Below, piece after piece: positions 1 to 9,905 of a stretch of 64,000 nucleotides of DNA. Every line of letters begins with the position of its first letter. The stretch's first letter is position 1. Origin of the DNA: a virus. Lineage: Duplodnaviria > Heunggongvirae > Uroviricota > Caudoviricetes. Location of the stretch: IMG/VR virus record IMGVR_UViG_3300048586_000134, positions 25,703-89,702 of that record, one strand, 5' to 3'. The notes beneath the pieces are model-generated. The model was not told the origin of the DNA. It saw only the letters and a program-made list of their open reading frames with translations, and searched no databases. Position numbers and translations under genes: made by a program.

Positions 1-9
1 AGCGGTGCC

Positions 10-1773
10 GTGGATCGTGAATCGCCACAGATCAAGCACTTTCTCTGGAAGATTTACGACGCGGACGGTAACTATCTTGAAACGTGGCACGATGCAGGCA
101 CGCCTGAATTCTCGTGGCACGAGAATGGTGGTGTTACAGACCTTCGTGTAACGTTGCCTCGACCGCTTTCCACGCTGAACGATCCATACTCCTCCATTCA
201 GTTTCAGCATCGAGTCGATATTTGGGTGGTTGATCCATCCTCGAACGGCTTTGGTACGAATTACATGGTTGATGGTGAATTTGACGCGGGTGGCTGGACC
301 ATCGATCCAGCGACAACACTCAGTAGTGGTGTGTTGACCGTGGGAACGCAAGTTGTTCCAGAAGGACCAGACGGTTCAAACTGCATGAAGATCAAGTCTG
401 CGAATACGACCGTCTACACCACACGTTCTACGCCAATTCCACTCTTCAGCGAGGAGAGTCTTGTACCTGATCCGATCAATGTTCCCTTTATCGTCACGGC
501 AATCGGACGAGCAGTCGGTTCGAAACTCAAGATGTTCGTGGAAGCCTACGACAAGAATGATCAGAAGATCGACCAGTCGGCGGAAACCGCAGAGACCGTT
601 GGTCCTGAGTGGCAAAAGCTGCGTGTCGAATACGTGCCGAAACAAGGTACGTATTATTTGCGAGTTACCCTCCAAAATGACGCGGTAGGAACGATGTGGG
701 TTGATAAAGTTGTCATGCTCGCCAAGGAGCAGCTTATTTATCGCGGATTCATCGAACGCTTCAAGCCAGAAGTTACCCAAAACGAACAGAACGTTGAGAT
801 TGAAATCCTCGGTCCTGTCTCGCTCCTTTCAGACGATTACATTGAATTCCTCCAATTCATCGATATTCAACCACAAAAGGATATCGACGCACAACGGCCA
901 CACTTCGAACCATCCGATCCTGCTGACATGATGCGCGAAGTCATTCGTGTTGCGAAGCGCCAGAACCCGCGCTTTATGCTTTACTACACGGCTGATAGCA
1001 TTAGAAACACAGGAACGCTGGCGAAGTACACCTTTCGTGACCAGCAGATTCGGGCGTGCATGGACAAGATCAGATCGCTCTGTCCGTCTGGCTGGCACTA
1101 CTACATCGAAGCGGATGGGCTTGTGGTTCTTCGTGGACCAGAGCATGCAACGACGCACACGCTTCGACTCGGTGTGGAGACCATGAACTTCAGCGTGGAC
1201 AAATCCATCCGTAATCTCAAGAACTACATTCACGTGAAGGGCCGTCAGGACGAAGACCGTAATGAGCCTGATGGACATGGCTCGATTCATTATATCACCT
1301 TTGATCAGGAATCGATCAACAAGTACGGCAAGCGTATGATGTTCATCCGCGATGCACAGATTACCGATCCTGACACCGCAGAACTTGTCGGTGACGGTCG
1401 ATTGGAAGAAATGAATCGCGAAGAGCAGCGAGCGCAATGTCTTGTCTTGGACGAGAAGCAGGTTTTTGACACAAACCATGCACTGCGCGGGTACAACATC
1501 GAAGCCTTCCGCCCTGGTGATATGATTCGTATTCTTGATCCTGTGAGCGGACCATTGACAACCTATTGGGACCAATTCACATGGGATAAGGACACATGGG
1601 ATACGCGCACAGCGGCCTTTACGCTCGTCTCCGATGCAGTTCCGATTAAGACCGTTCAATATGAAGACACACAAGCACGGCTCGAACTCTCTGAGCGTCA
1701 GCCGTCAAGCGTGGGTGACTTTGGCCGTCTCTATCGCTGGCTGCAATTGAAGGAAGCAGACTCAGGGGAGTAA
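10..1773 (+). CDS. putative tail fibre / host-recognition structural protein (first codon GTG; true 5' end may lie upstream of window)
   Basis: 587-aa ORF directly upstream of the lysis genes. Gly/Thr/Asn-rich, no catalytic motif recognised. The first codon is GTG at the window edge. Confidence 0.35.
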   Translation: MDRESPQIKHFLWKIYDADGNYLETWHDAGTPEFSWHENGGVTDLRVTLPRPLSTLNDPYSSIQFQHRVDIWVVDPSSNGFGTNYMVDGEFDAGGWTIDPATTLSSGVLTVGTQVVPEGPDGSNCMKIKSANTTVYTTRSTPIPLFSEESLVPDPINVPFIVTAIGRAVGSKLKMFVEAYDKNDQKIDQSAETAETVGPEWQKLRVEYVPKQGTYYLRVTLQNDAVGTMWVDKVVMLAKEQLIYRGFIERFKPEVTQNEQNVEIEILGPVSLLSDDYIEFLQFIDIQPQKDIDAQRPHFEPSDPADMMREVIRVAKRQNPRFMLYYTADSIRNTGTLAKYTFRDQQIRACMDKIRSLCPSGWHYYIEADGLVVLRGPEHATTHTLRLGVETMNFSVDKSIRNLKNYIHVKGRQDEDRNEPDGHGSIHYITFDQESINKYGKRMMFIRDAQITDPDTAELVGDGRLEEMNREEQRAQCLVLDEKQVFDTNHALRGYNIEAFRPGDMIRILDPVSGPLTTYWDQFTWDKDTWDTRTAAFTLVSDAVPIKTVQYEDTQARLELSERQPSSVGDFGRLYRWLQLKEADSGE

Positions 1774-1779
1774 CATATT

Positions 1780-2577
1780 ATGCCTCTACCTTATCAACTT
1801 ATGTCGGGTGAGACGGCTCGTGCGCATGAAGTTATGGCGAATTTCAATTATGTCATCAACGTCATCGGAGAGCTTGTCGGTCCTGACCGTCTTCAGACAC
1901 TCAAGGAATTCCTTATGGGAGGCAACAGCGGCGTTCTGCTGTCTGCTGCCTCCCAGCACTTCGTTCAACTCGGCTGGAATGTCGATCTGAATCACATTGG
2001 TGGTGGCGTCTTCGAGTTTGCGCGACTCGTGCCAGACAAGAACGCCACCGCGCTCCGCATCGGAAAAGATGGTGTGGAGATTATGGAAACCTCAACAACC
2101 TCTGGTGACCTCAACCGTCAACTCTCAACCGTGTGGGCGGTACGAGCGACAACTGGCAAAGACTTTATGTATTTCGCACCAGGGTGGTCGATTCAGAACA
2201 AGGACGGTGCGGCAACGAAGGTTGAAGATTACCGTTTGCTTTACACTCCATTCACGACGCCAAAGGTTATCTACACAAACAAGAGTTTTGGCGCGACCGT
2301 CCAGAACATCCCTGTGACGCAATACGATGTACCATCGGGAGCGCAAGCTGTCAAGCTCAGTGTCCGCTTCAAGGCGGGTGGCTCTGAAGCTGAGACACGT
2401 TTCTTCCCTTCTGGTCTTTCGTCTCGCCCACTCAACTCGGCTGTCTCGGTGATTGCCGCTTCAGGAGAGCGTGTTGGCGGGGTTGTTGATGTCAACCTTG
2501 TGGCAAGCAAATTCTCAATGGAAGTCATCGGCAACATTTCTGAAGCCTACGTTACAATTCTTGGATACTACCAGTAA
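1780..2577 (+). CDS. hypothetical structural (tail-associated) protein
   Basis: 265-aa ORF starting 7 nt after the previous stop. Its stop overlaps the next start (TAATG). Same strand as the structural block. Confidence 0.3.
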   Translation: MPLPYQLMSGETARAHEVMANFNYVINVIGELVGPDRLQTLKEFLMGGNSGVLLSAASQHFVQLGWNVDLNHIGGGVFEFARLVPDKNATALRIGKDGVEIMETSTTSGDLNRQLSTVWAVRATTGKDFMYFAPGWSIQNKDGAATKVEDYRLLYTPFTTPKVIYTNKSFGATVQNIPVTQYDVPSGAQAVKLSVRFKAGGSEAETRFFPSGLSSRPLNSAVSVIAASGERVGGVVDVNLVASKFSMEVIGNISEAYVTILGYYQ

Positions 2578-2909
2578 TGTTCGAACAGGTATCCCGACGC
2601 GTCTCAGGATTCGTCGGGACGCCGTTCGCCACAATCAGCGCGATCAGTCTGGTTGTGGTGTGGGCGATTGCTGGACCATTCCTCGGCTTTTCCTCTCAAT
2701 GGCAACTTTTTATCAACACGACGACAACGATTATTACCTTCATTATGGTTTTCCTCATCCAAAGCTCGCAGAATACAGACACCAAGGCGCTTCATCTCAA
2801 ACTCGATGAGTTGATTCATGCTACGGAGTCCGCAAGAAATGACTTCATTCACCTCGAAGAAGAGTCGCAGCACGACATCGAGCAGATGAAGGAAGCCGTG
2901 GATCAATAA
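2577..2909 (+). CDS. small membrane protein, putative holin
   Basis: Two predicted TM helices (FATISAISLVVVWAIAGPF and LFINTTTTIITFIMVFLIQ) with a charged C-tail. It lies ~0.7 kb upstream of the endolysin. Confidence 0.35.
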   Translation: MFEQVSRRVSGFVGTPFATISAISLVVVWAIAGPFLGFSSQWQLFINTTTTIITFIMVFLIQSSQNTDTKALHLKLDELIHATESARNDFIHLEEESQHDIEQMKEAVDQ

Positions 2910-2924
2910 GCAGGCAGGTGCGTT

Positions 2925-3656
2925 ATGTCCTCACGACCAACCAATAATACCCTCATAGCATTATCGGAGTTAGGCGAACGCATCAACCTTCTCCATAACA
3001 GCATCAACGAACGCCTCGAACTCAAGGATCGATGGATCAATACGATTCGTGAAGACCTTGAGAAGCAGATCATGTCTGAGATTAACGGAGTTTCACGCAA
3101 TCTTGAACTCCTTCGGGAAGCGCTCGCGCAAAGTGACGCTCGTCTTCTCGACGGTATCTCGACCAATCGCGAACTCTACCAGAAAGGTCTTGATCGGTTG
3201 GTTCTTGATCTGGATCGACGCATCGTAGATTTGCGAGAAACGCTCACGACACAGCAAGAAAACTCATGGAAGTCTCACGACGTTCTCCATGATGTTGCGA
3301 AAGAAGCTCAGAACGAATTCAAGAATACCGTTCAGCAGCGTCTCAATGTCCTGCAAAAAGGAATTGACGACCTCAAGGTTGAGCGTGGTCTGTTCGTTCT
3401 TCGGGACTCGTACGACTCCAAGATCGAAACCATAGAGAAGAGTCTCGACGGTCTTGAAAAGACCACACGAGAAAACCTCGAAAGCGGTCTGAAGCTCGTT
3501 CGTGAGCAGACGGATGCGCGTTTTACGACCATGACGGAACGTATCACTAAAATTGAGCAAAGTATTCAAATTACAAACGCTCGCAATCAACAGAGCATTA
3601 TTGCTCTTGGTATTCTTCTCACACTCGTTGAGATTATCATTCGTTACTACCGATAA
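2925..3656 (+). CDS. coiled-coil protein with C-terminal transmembrane anchor (lysis-associated?)
   Basis: Heptad-rich sequence throughout, hydrophobic tail IIALGILLTLVEIIIRYY, and an RBS-like GCAGG upstream. Confidence 0.45.
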   Translation: MSSRPTNNTLIALSELGERINLLHNSINERLELKDRWINTIREDLEKQIMSEINGVSRNLELLREALAQSDARLLDGISTNRELYQKGLDRLVLDLDRRIVDLRETLTTQQENSWKSHDVLHDVAKEAQNEFKNTVQQRLNVLQKGIDDLKVERGLFVLRDSYDSKIETIEKSLDGLEKTTRENLESGLKLVREQTDARFTTMTERITKIEQSIQITNARNQQSIIALGILLTLVEIIIRYYR

Positions 3657-3675
3657 CGAGAAAGTGAGGCACGAT

Positions 3676-5559
3676 ATGCCTTTTTCTACTTCCGATCCCA
3701 TTGCAGCCGCCTCTCGTGGATCGATTGACGCTGCTGCACGATATACCCTGACAACAGGAGCGCATCGTGCCTTCGCAATGGAATACATTCAAGAACTCTG
3801 GCGGCTCTGTCAGACCTACAAAATGGACTTTGCAATCCTTTTTGCTCAGTTTTGTGACGAAACCGCACGCGGCACAAGCCCGATCTGGTATGCAGATGGT
3901 AACCCTGCTGGTATTGGTATTACCGATGGTGGCAGAGTTGACATTCCGTATGCGACAGGATCAGATGCGGCTCGCGCTCATGTCGTGCACATGCACGCAT
4001 ACGTCTATGGTCCGATTCCGACGAACAGTCCACTCAGGGAGTATATCAAACTCGATCCCCGCTATCAAGCGGCCCTGAATGCCTACGGAGGAGTCGCCAA
4101 GAAGATTGCCGATCTAGCTGGGAGATGGGCAACCAACAAGAACTACGCAAATCAGATTGTTGGTCACGCGAACGCAGCATTCCCGAACGTTGGTGCTCCT
4201 CAGCCTGCGCCGACACAACCATCGACAGGAGGTTCTATGCCTACTCCGAAGATTATTGACAAGTGGCTCCACGTTGCGCAAGACGGCTATCCTGCGGTCA
4301 ATCGACGCTATGCTGGTGCCAACGGACAGGACATTATCGTTATCCACATTCAGGAAGGAACCAATTGGGGTTCGTGGCAGCACTTCCACAGTGTTTCAGC
4401 GTCTTCCACCGTCTTTGTCGGACGCAATGGTGACATCTGGCGTCTCGTGCCAGAGAGTGACGGCCCTTGGACGAACGGCGATGTTTGTTCGCCAACCCAA
4501 AAGGGACGCGATATCATCAACCGCTATGGCGGCGATCCAAACTACTATTCACTGACGATTGAGACCGAAGGTTTTGCGTCGTCAAACAACGCGCTCGGCT
4601 GGCTCGCATGGCCGAAGCCACAGGCTCAGCTTGATAGCGTCGTCTGGCAGGTTCGACAGTGGATGGACAAGTATAACATCCCGATTGAGCGTGTCGTGCG
4701 ACATGCTGATATCAATCAGTGCTCGCGCCCAGGTTGTCCAGGCGACACGTTCTACAACTACGTCATTGCTGCACTGAAATCGGGAGGAGGTTCTACCGTG
4801 GAAGAGCCTGAAGTCATTTACGCGGATCGCTCTCCTGTCAAGGATGCCGATGGTAACCTCTGGACTGGTGAGGAAGACCTCAAGATCAATGGGGCAACCT
4901 TCCATGCAGAGAAGCGCACCGTCAAGGCCGTTGCGGGTGTCACATTCCGCACGCACGCTAGCCGCAAGGCTGGTCTGACACGACCGACACTTGAGGCAGG
5001 CAAGGGCTTCTCGGTTCTTGGTTGGGTTAATGGTGAGGAAGTCAATGGGGAGCGCCGATGGTGGATCACCGAGTCATACTCGCGTGTACACGTCAGCGGC
5101 ACCGTTGAGAAGCCGACACCAGAGCCGCTTCCACTTCCAGATGAGGACACCGATCCACAGCAGCCTGACGAGCAGCCAGAGATTATCGAGTACGGTCCTG
5201 AGATTGTCAATGGACGTGCATACTACCCACTCTCGCTCTTCCTCTCTGAGCCAGCAGAACCAGTCAGCGAAGAGACTCCTGTGGGCGTTGAGAACGACAT
5301 CAAGCTCGTTCCTGTCCATGAGATGACGGTCATCGTGACTGAGGATGAAGCTGATGCTCGCCGCTCGGTTTCGCTCAAGGCTCCTGTTCGCCACACCTTT
5401 GAGAAGGGCGACGAAATTGTGGTCACACACTTCGTCGTTGGCGATGAGGTTGACGGTGAGGAACTGTGGTGGGTCATCAAGCCTTCCGACTCAGCGAAGA
5501 ATCCTTTGCGCCACGGACTGCGTATCCCATGCGCATTCACGAACGTCAGACCAAGCTAG
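3676..5559 (+). CDS. endolysin: N-acetylmuramoyl-L-alanine amidase (Amidase_2/PGRP-type) with two C-terminal SH3-like cell-wall-binding repeats
   Basis: Amidase_2-like core (..IIVIHIQEGTNWGSWQHFHSVSASSTVFVGRNGDIWRLV..CPGD). Two C-terminal repeats each end in GEE.WW(I/V). RBS GAGG lies 8 nt before ATG 3676. The track ORF 3553.. extends upstream only by frame overlap with the previous gene. Confidence 0.8.
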   Translation: MPFSTSDPIAAASRGSIDAAARYTLTTGAHRAFAMEYIQELWRLCQTYKMDFAILFAQFCDETARGTSPIWYADGNPAGIGITDGGRVDIPYATGSDAARAHVVHMHAYVYGPIPTNSPLREYIKLDPRYQAALNAYGGVAKKIADLAGRWATNKNYANQIVGHANAAFPNVGAPQPAPTQPSTGGSMPTPKIIDKWLHVAQDGYPAVNRRYAGANGQDIIVIHIQEGTNWGSWQHFHSVSASSTVFVGRNGDIWRLVPESDGPWTNGDVCSPTQKGRDIINRYGGDPNYYSLTIETEGFASSNNALGWLAWPKPQAQLDSVVWQVRQWMDKYNIPIERVVRHADINQCSRPGCPGDTFYNYVIAALKSGGGSTVEEPEVIYADRSPVKDADGNLWTGEEDLKINGATFHAEKRTVKAVAGVTFRTHASRKAGLTRPTLEAGKGFSVLGWVNGEEVNGERRWWITESYSRVHVSGTVEKPTPEPLPLPDEDTDPQQPDEQPEIIEYGPEIVNGRAYYPLSLFLSEPAEPVSEETPVGVENDIKLVPVHEMTVIVTEDEADARRSVSLKAPVRHTFEKGDEIVVTHFVVGDEVDGEELWWVIKPSDSAKNPLRHGLRIPCAFTNVRPS

Positions 5560-5676
5560 GATCAACGTAGAGGCCACTAGCAGCCTCGCTACGGCACGAT
5601 AATATCGTTTTCGACTCCTGATACCTTTATGGGTTCTGGTTTCAACACAGACGATTCTAGCGATTGGTAACCACAA

Positions 5677-5730
5677 ATAAAAATACCCCTAGCGCAAGGA
5701 TTGATTTCCAAGCGCTAGGGGTATTTTTTC
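5677..5730. terminator. bidirectional rho-independent terminator between convergent + and - transcription units
   Basis: ATAAAAAT-ACCCCTAGCGC-(16-nt loop)-GCGCTAGGGGT-ATTTTTT. An 11-bp GC-rich stem is flanked by an A-run on one side and a T-run on the other. Confidence 0.8.
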
Positions 5731-5732
5731 GT

Positions 5733-6134
5733 TTATGTTACGTCTTTCCAACTTCGTCCAACTCGTATCGCACGAACTAGTTGTGGAGAGACCATAAACA
5801 TGTCCGCAATTTGTCTGTCGCTGTGTTGAGGAAGAAGTTGCTTTATTGTTTGTACTTGCTCTTCTCGAAGTTTTGTTCTGTTGCTTCTACGAACGTTGAC
5901 AAGATTCGTGACAGGCTCTAAGTGACTTGGGTTCACACAATCACGACGCCTACACAGATGATCGAGCACCTTTCCCTTTTCAAGTGGACCAACAAAGTGC
6001 TCGTAGTAAACCACATGCGCCTGTCTTCTTCGTCGCTCGTGTGTGATACGTCCGTAACCGTCCCTATCTTTTGATCGTTGCCAAACCCAACAGTTCTTCT
6101 CCCCTTCCACGTTATATTGTGTTTCGTTAATCAT
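5733..6134 (-). CDS. HNH homing-type endonuclease
   Basis: Cys/His motif ..DHLCRRRDCVNPSHLE.. typical of HNH_3. The gene stands alone at the strand switch. Confidence 0.75.
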   Translation of the reverse strand: MINETQYNVEGEKNCWVWQRSKDRDGYGRITHERRRRQAHVVYYEHFVGPLEKGKVLDHLCRRRDCVNPSHLEPVTNLVNVRRSNRTKLREEQVQTIKQLLPQHSDRQIADMFMVSPQLVRAIRVGRSWKDVT

Positions 6135-6166
6135 AACACCACCTCGGTATTTTTGTGTTTACGGAG

Positions 6167-6439
6167 CTAGATCGTCTCGCGGACAGAGACGAAGGCTTCG
6201 AGACCAGCGCGAACAGCTTCCTTTAGTTCTTCCCACTGTTCACGAGAGCGCTCGAACCATTCTTCTCGCTCGGCTTCTTCATCCTCTCCATAAGGCGAGT
6301 CAGTGAGCGAGCGCCAATGCGACCAGATGCCGCACTCATCTTCAGACTCATCAGGACGACAGAAATCTTCCTGAATCTGTCGTGTCAATACCGCATCAAC
6401 CGCACGCGTTGCAGTCTCAAGCTGTGCTTCTGTAATCAT
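6167..6439 (-). CDS. hypothetical acidic protein
   Basis: 90-aa ORF whose stop overlaps the start of the HAD gene. Co-directional packing. Confidence 0.4.
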   Translation of the reverse strand: MITEAQLETATRAVDAVLTRQIQEDFCRPDESEDECGIWSHWRSLTDSPYGEDEEAEREEWFERSREQWEELKEAVRAGLEAFVSVRETI

Positions 6440-6876
6440 TAGAAGTCTCCTTTCGCGGGATCACTCACATCCACAACGGCCAGACCAAGCGACTGCCACA
6501 TACGGATAACCTTCGGACGGTCGTCAACCACCTTTACCACTTCAAAGTGTGGATTGATCAGGTTGTCGTAGATTTCCTGCTTGATCACGGTGTCAGGACG
6601 CTGATCCCCTTCCTTCCTCATGAAGAGCCAATCGTAAGGGATGTCGTGCTTCCAGAGCCAGCGGCGAGTCTGTTCCTCGTACGTGTCAAACCGACCGCTT
6701 ACGACAAAGACTTCGTAATCGTAGAAGTCTTCTTTCAGCATGTCGTACACCTCCTGACGGACCAGATCATTTTCGCACTCAGCCTGCGCATCTCCGTACG
6801 GGAGACGCCCATTCAGATTGGCGAGGGTGCCGTCCAGATCATAGATCACGGCCAGCGGCTTGTCGGTTTGCTGCAT
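6439..6876 (-). CDS. HAD-superfamily phosphatase (polynucleotide 3'-phosphatase-like)
   Basis: N-terminal DxDxT motif (IYDLDGTL), characteristic of HAD hydrolases. Confidence 0.6.
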   Translation of the reverse strand: MQQTDKPLAVIYDLDGTLANLNGRLPYGDAQAECENDLVRQEVYDMLKEDFYDYEVFVVSGRFDTYEEQTRRWLWKHDIPYDWLFMRKEGDQRPDTVIKQEIYDNLINPHFEVVKVVDDRPKVIRMWQSLGLAVVDVSDPAKGDF

Positions 6877-6884
6877 GGTTCCTC

Positions 6885-7121
6885 CTATAAGTTACGGGCG
6901 GCGATTTCTCCCTCCACCCATTCAACAATTTGCCGCATGTCATACGGCGTCAGGCCATAGCGCTCCTGAATGACAGAGGGGAGCAACCTGTCAAGATTCG
7001 TGCGTTCATTGAGCACGATATTGTACTCGACAAAATGATCCCCGCTGTCGAATTTCAGTCTCGCCGTAATCAGGTAGCCGTTATACTGCAACGGCGGAGC
7101 AAGTAATTCAGTTCTCATCAC
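6885..7121 (-). CDS. hypothetical protein
   Basis: 78-aa ORF, co-directional and tightly packed. Confidence 0.4.
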   Translation of the reverse strand: MMRTELLAPPLQYNGYLITARLKFDSGDHFVEYNIVLNERTNLDRLLPSVIQERYGLTPYDMRQIVEWVEGEIAARNL

Positions 7122-7122
7122 G

Positions 7123-7338
7123 TCATTTGTTCCTTTGCAGAATAAGTTTGATTCTGTGCCAGGGCACGAAGATCAGGCTGTTCTCCGCGAATCCGTCGTT
7201 CAGATAATCCGTTTGGTTTATTAGATCGGCCCAAACACCGTTTTCGGTTGTGTAAATAGTGGCTGCGAACACATTCGTTCCATCCGCAGCGTCCTCATCG
7301 ACCGCGTACACCCAACCAACGTACCCTCCTCCTGTCAT
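7123..7338 (-). CDS. hypothetical protein
   Basis: 71-aa ORF with start/stop overlap with its neighbours. Confidence 0.4.
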   Translation of the reverse strand: MTGGGYVGWVYAVDEDAADGTNVFAATIYTTENGVWADLINQTDYLNDGFAENSLIFVPWHRIKLILQRNK

Positions 7339-7670
7339 GCGAACACTCGCAGAGATGAGAGGGCACGCTCAGCGGCACCTTCGCCGTTGTCACGGTCGTA
7401 CAGACCAGTGAACAGTTCGTCGCCGCTGATATCAACCTTCATGACACGGCCTTTGAAGTAATCGAAGTACATCTTGTTGCGGCTCGGCCAAGCAGGGTAA
7501 TCGCCTGCCGCGTTGCCGCCCTTGTTGATGACTTCCTGCGCTTCAGCAACGCTCATCGGTGTCGGATCGAATTGCAGCCAACCCATACCAAGCGGCTTTG
7601 CGGAATTGTAGAGAGCCGCCAGCACTTCCGCCTTGTCCAGACCGCTGATATCAAGAGTGTCCTTTGCCAT
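7335..7670 (-). CDS. hypothetical protein
   Basis: 111-aa ORF, 4-nt overlap with the upstream gene. Confidence 0.45.
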   Translation of the reverse strand: MAKDTLDISGLDKAEVLAALYNSAKPLGMGWLQFDPTPMSVAEAQEVINKGGNAAGDYPAWPSRNKMYFDYFKGRVMKVDISGDELFTGLYDRDNGEGAAERALSSLRVFA

Positions 7671-8133
7671 TGCGTACCTCCTCGTTGTGATTGATGAATG
7701 CTCTCATCATGGCTTCGGTCTCGGTCCCTCCGCGACCTTTCCATTCGTTCTCTCCATCCGTGACCGTGGCTTCATAGCGAGCAAGGTTGAATGCCCCGCC
7801 GCCCTTGTCCACGACCTCTGGTGGATATTGTAGCGCATAGGTAATGTAGCTGTCAAGGCCCATCACATCGGTGCCGCACAGCAATCTCAGATCGACTTCC
7901 GTTCGTTCCAGATCAACGATCCAGTCGCGGACTTCCTCATCCCTTCCGCTCGCGAGATGGATGGGCCGATCATCTTTCCTTTGCAAGAGAAAGTCCAGAT
8001 GCTCGGGGTCCATACCATTCCGAATTTGCTCGAAGAAGGCTCCAAGCATATTGGATTGATTGCGGTAGCATCCGATCCGATACTGCCTCATGGTGTCGTG
8101 CAATTCGTATTCTTTTGCTTGAGCCACAATCAA
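7651..8133 (-). CDS. hypothetical protein
   Basis: 160-aa ORF, no motif recognised. Confidence 0.45.
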   Translation of the reverse strand: MIVAQAKEYELHDTMRQYRIGCYRNQSNMLGAFFEQIRNGMDPEHLDFLLQRKDDRPIHLASGRDEEVRDWIVDLERTEVDLRLLCGTDVMGLDSYITYALQYPPEVVDKGGGAFNLARYEATVTDGENEWKGRGGTETEAMMRAFINHNEEVRNGKGHS

Positions 8134-8142
8134 ATCCTCACA

Positions 8143-8337
8143 TTAGCGACGACGCACGAGCGACGGCGCGGTGCCAGTCAGCTTTGCGCCCTGCACTTCA
8201 CGTCCGATCTTCACGAGATTCACCGCCGCGATCACAAAGGCCGCGAAACAGAGAATCTCGAAGAACCCATCGATGATGAACAGGCCCGTAACAAGACAGA
8301 TTGCGATGCAGACAAGCACCTTTACTCCTTGGTCCAT
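8143..8337 (-). CDS. small membrane protein
   Basis: 64 aa with one long hydrophobic segment (VLVCIAICLVTGLFIIDGFFEILCFAAFVIAAV). Confidence 0.4.
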   Translation of the reverse strand: MDQGVKVLVCIAICLVTGLFIIDGFFEILCFAAFVIAAVNLVKIGREVQGAKLTGTAPSLVRRR

Positions 8338-8349
8338 GTTGTCTCCTTC

Positions 8350-8688
8350 CTAGAATCTGGCAACCAGATCAGCGTACTCAGCATATCCTTTGGTATGGTT
8401 GTCCTTGTAGCTCTCTGGTAGAGCCTTAATAATAACATCCTCCACCCAATCCTGCAAGAGTGAGACACGTAAGGGATCATGGATTCGTACTTCTTGAACC
8501 ATTGGAATTCCGTCATCTTCCCACGTTACTCCTACTTCTGCGTTTTCGTGCGGTAGGTCGAACCACTCCTCGGGTTCGTATGGTCCACAATACACGAACA
8601 GCTTCCCATTTGTCAAGTCCACATGGACATTGAACTCAAGAGGGGAGTGTGTTTGCGCTGGTGTAGCGCTCATCAGTAACCCCGCCAT
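8350..8688 (-). CDS. hypothetical protein
   Basis: 112-aa ORF. Confidence 0.45.
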   Translation of the reverse strand: MAGLLMSATPAQTHSPLEFNVHVDLTNGKLFVYCGPYEPEEWFDLPHENAEVGVTWEDDGIPMVQEVRIHDPLRVSLLQDWVEDVIIKALPESYKDNHTKGYAEYADLVARF

Positions 8689-9244
8689 ATTTCCTCCTCT
8701 CGAATTCGTGAATCATCTGCACAATGCAGGCAATCGTTTCAATACCTTCCTTGATCGCTTCATCCCAATCCTGTTCAAGCATCGCCTTGGCAGTTTCACC
8801 TTGCTCTTCCGCGACGATTGCATACCAGTACTCAGGAATATGGTATTGGACGCCCCACTTCTCATGCTGTCGGGAAAGTTCGCCAAGCACCTTCTCCTGC
8901 ACGCGATAGGCCGTGCCATAAACAGAACCCACGTTCTCCTCTTCCTCGGACTGCGGTACATTGGAAATGTTCTCGTCTTCTGCGGAGAACCGTCCAGTTT
9001 CAGTTGAAGGCATCTGGAAACGCTCAAAGAGGCTTGCAACCAGCTTCTCGATCTGCTCTTCAGTGAACACTGGAACGGATGCGTAATGAAAGTTCACGTC
9101 TTGTCCTCCTTTTGGTTTTGGTCGCGTCCACGATCCTTCAAGATCGCCTGCATAAAAATCAGCTTGGCCCGTTGCCCGTTCCATCGACTGTCTCATTTGT
9201 TCCTGTTCCCACTTCCTCATTTCCTCCTCCAACGCCATGAGCAT
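8636..9244 (-). CDS. MazG-like nucleoside triphosphate pyrophosphohydrolase (start uncertain, may be further downstream)
   Basis: C-terminal all-alpha EE..E..D pattern (..HEKWGVQYHIPEYWYAIVAEEQGETAKAMLEQDWDEAIKE..). The first ~40 codons of the track ORF are Arg-rich and probably non-coding. Confidence 0.45.
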   Translation of the reverse strand: MLMALEEEMRKWEQEQMRQSMERATGQADFYAGDLEGSWTRPKPKGGQDVNFHYASVPVFTEEQIEKLVASLFERFQMPSTETGRFSAEDENISNVPQSEEEENVGSVYGTAYRVQEKVLGELSRQHEKWGVQYHIPEYWYAIVAEEQGETAKAMLEQDWDEAIKEGIETIACIVQMIHEFERRKYGGVTDERYTSANTLPS

Positions 9245-9581
9245 CCCCTCCTTTGGTTGACTTCGCCTGTCCACGACCAGTAGGCTTCTTTGTCGTTCGT
9301 TTCTTTTTCTCCTGTGCGGTAATAACAGTTGTTCTTTCTTTAACGGTCTCTCTGGTGGCCTCATCTATCTCCTCCCGCATCTGGCTAAGGTGCGTGTCAA
9401 TCAAGTCACGCACCTCAACGAGTGAGTCAGGATTGAGCATCGTGACATAACGTCCTTCGTCTGTCTGGACGGCATCAACTTCGAACAAGAATGTGTAATC
9501 CTTAACGGTTACCGACTCTTCCTCAAGGTTCCACATTCCAAGTTCGGGACGCCAGAATGCCACTCGGATTCTGTCGCTCAT
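9159..9581 (-). CDS. hypothetical protein with Lys/Gly-rich tail
   Basis: 140-aa ORF with a basic, low-complexity C-terminus. Confidence 0.4.
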   Translation of the reverse strand: MSDRIRVAFWRPELGMWNLEEESVTVKDYTFLFEVDAVQTDEGRYVTMLNPDSLVEVRDLIDTHLSQMREEIDEATRETVKERTTVITAQEKKKRTTKKPTGRGQAKSTKGGDAHGVGGGNEEVGTGTNETVDGTGNGPS

Positions 9582-9888
9582 TCACACCTCGCACGTAATG
9601 CAATGGAATCCCATCATTCTTCTTGATGGAATCCTCACAAATCTCTAAGACAATATTATACAGGAAAGCGATAGAAAGTCCAGTGTTACACTCTTCCCAC
9701 GTTGAACGCGGACAGAGAACGGTTGCTCCCAATCGTTGCGTGTATGGATTGACGCAGTAGAACATCGCTCCCTCGTCATCCACACACGCGCTGATTTCGT
9801 AGGAGAAGCCATTCACGGTAACAACAGGCTCCATTTCGATATAGGACAGGAGGAGCTTCTTGCGCTCGTCCTCAGATGCAATGGTCAT
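9523..9888 (-). CDS. hypothetical protein
   Basis: 121-aa ORF. Confidence 0.4.
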   Translation of the reverse strand: MTIASEDERKKLLLSYIEMEPVVTVNGFSYEISACVDDEGAMFYCVNPYTQRLGATVLCPRSTWEECNTGLSIAFLYNIVLEICEDSIKKNDGIPLHYVRGVNERQNPSGILASRTWNVEP

Positions 9889-9905
9889 AGGGTTCCCCCT
9901 ATCAT

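Noticed and set aside
134-5602. Numerous antisense or alternative-frame ORFs overlapping the structural and endolysin genes (e.g. 829..1674 -, 4818..5210 -, 5074..5430 -)
   Set aside because: They are shadow ORFs typical of GC-rich coding DNA. They are entirely contained within longer, motif-supported genes on the + strand.
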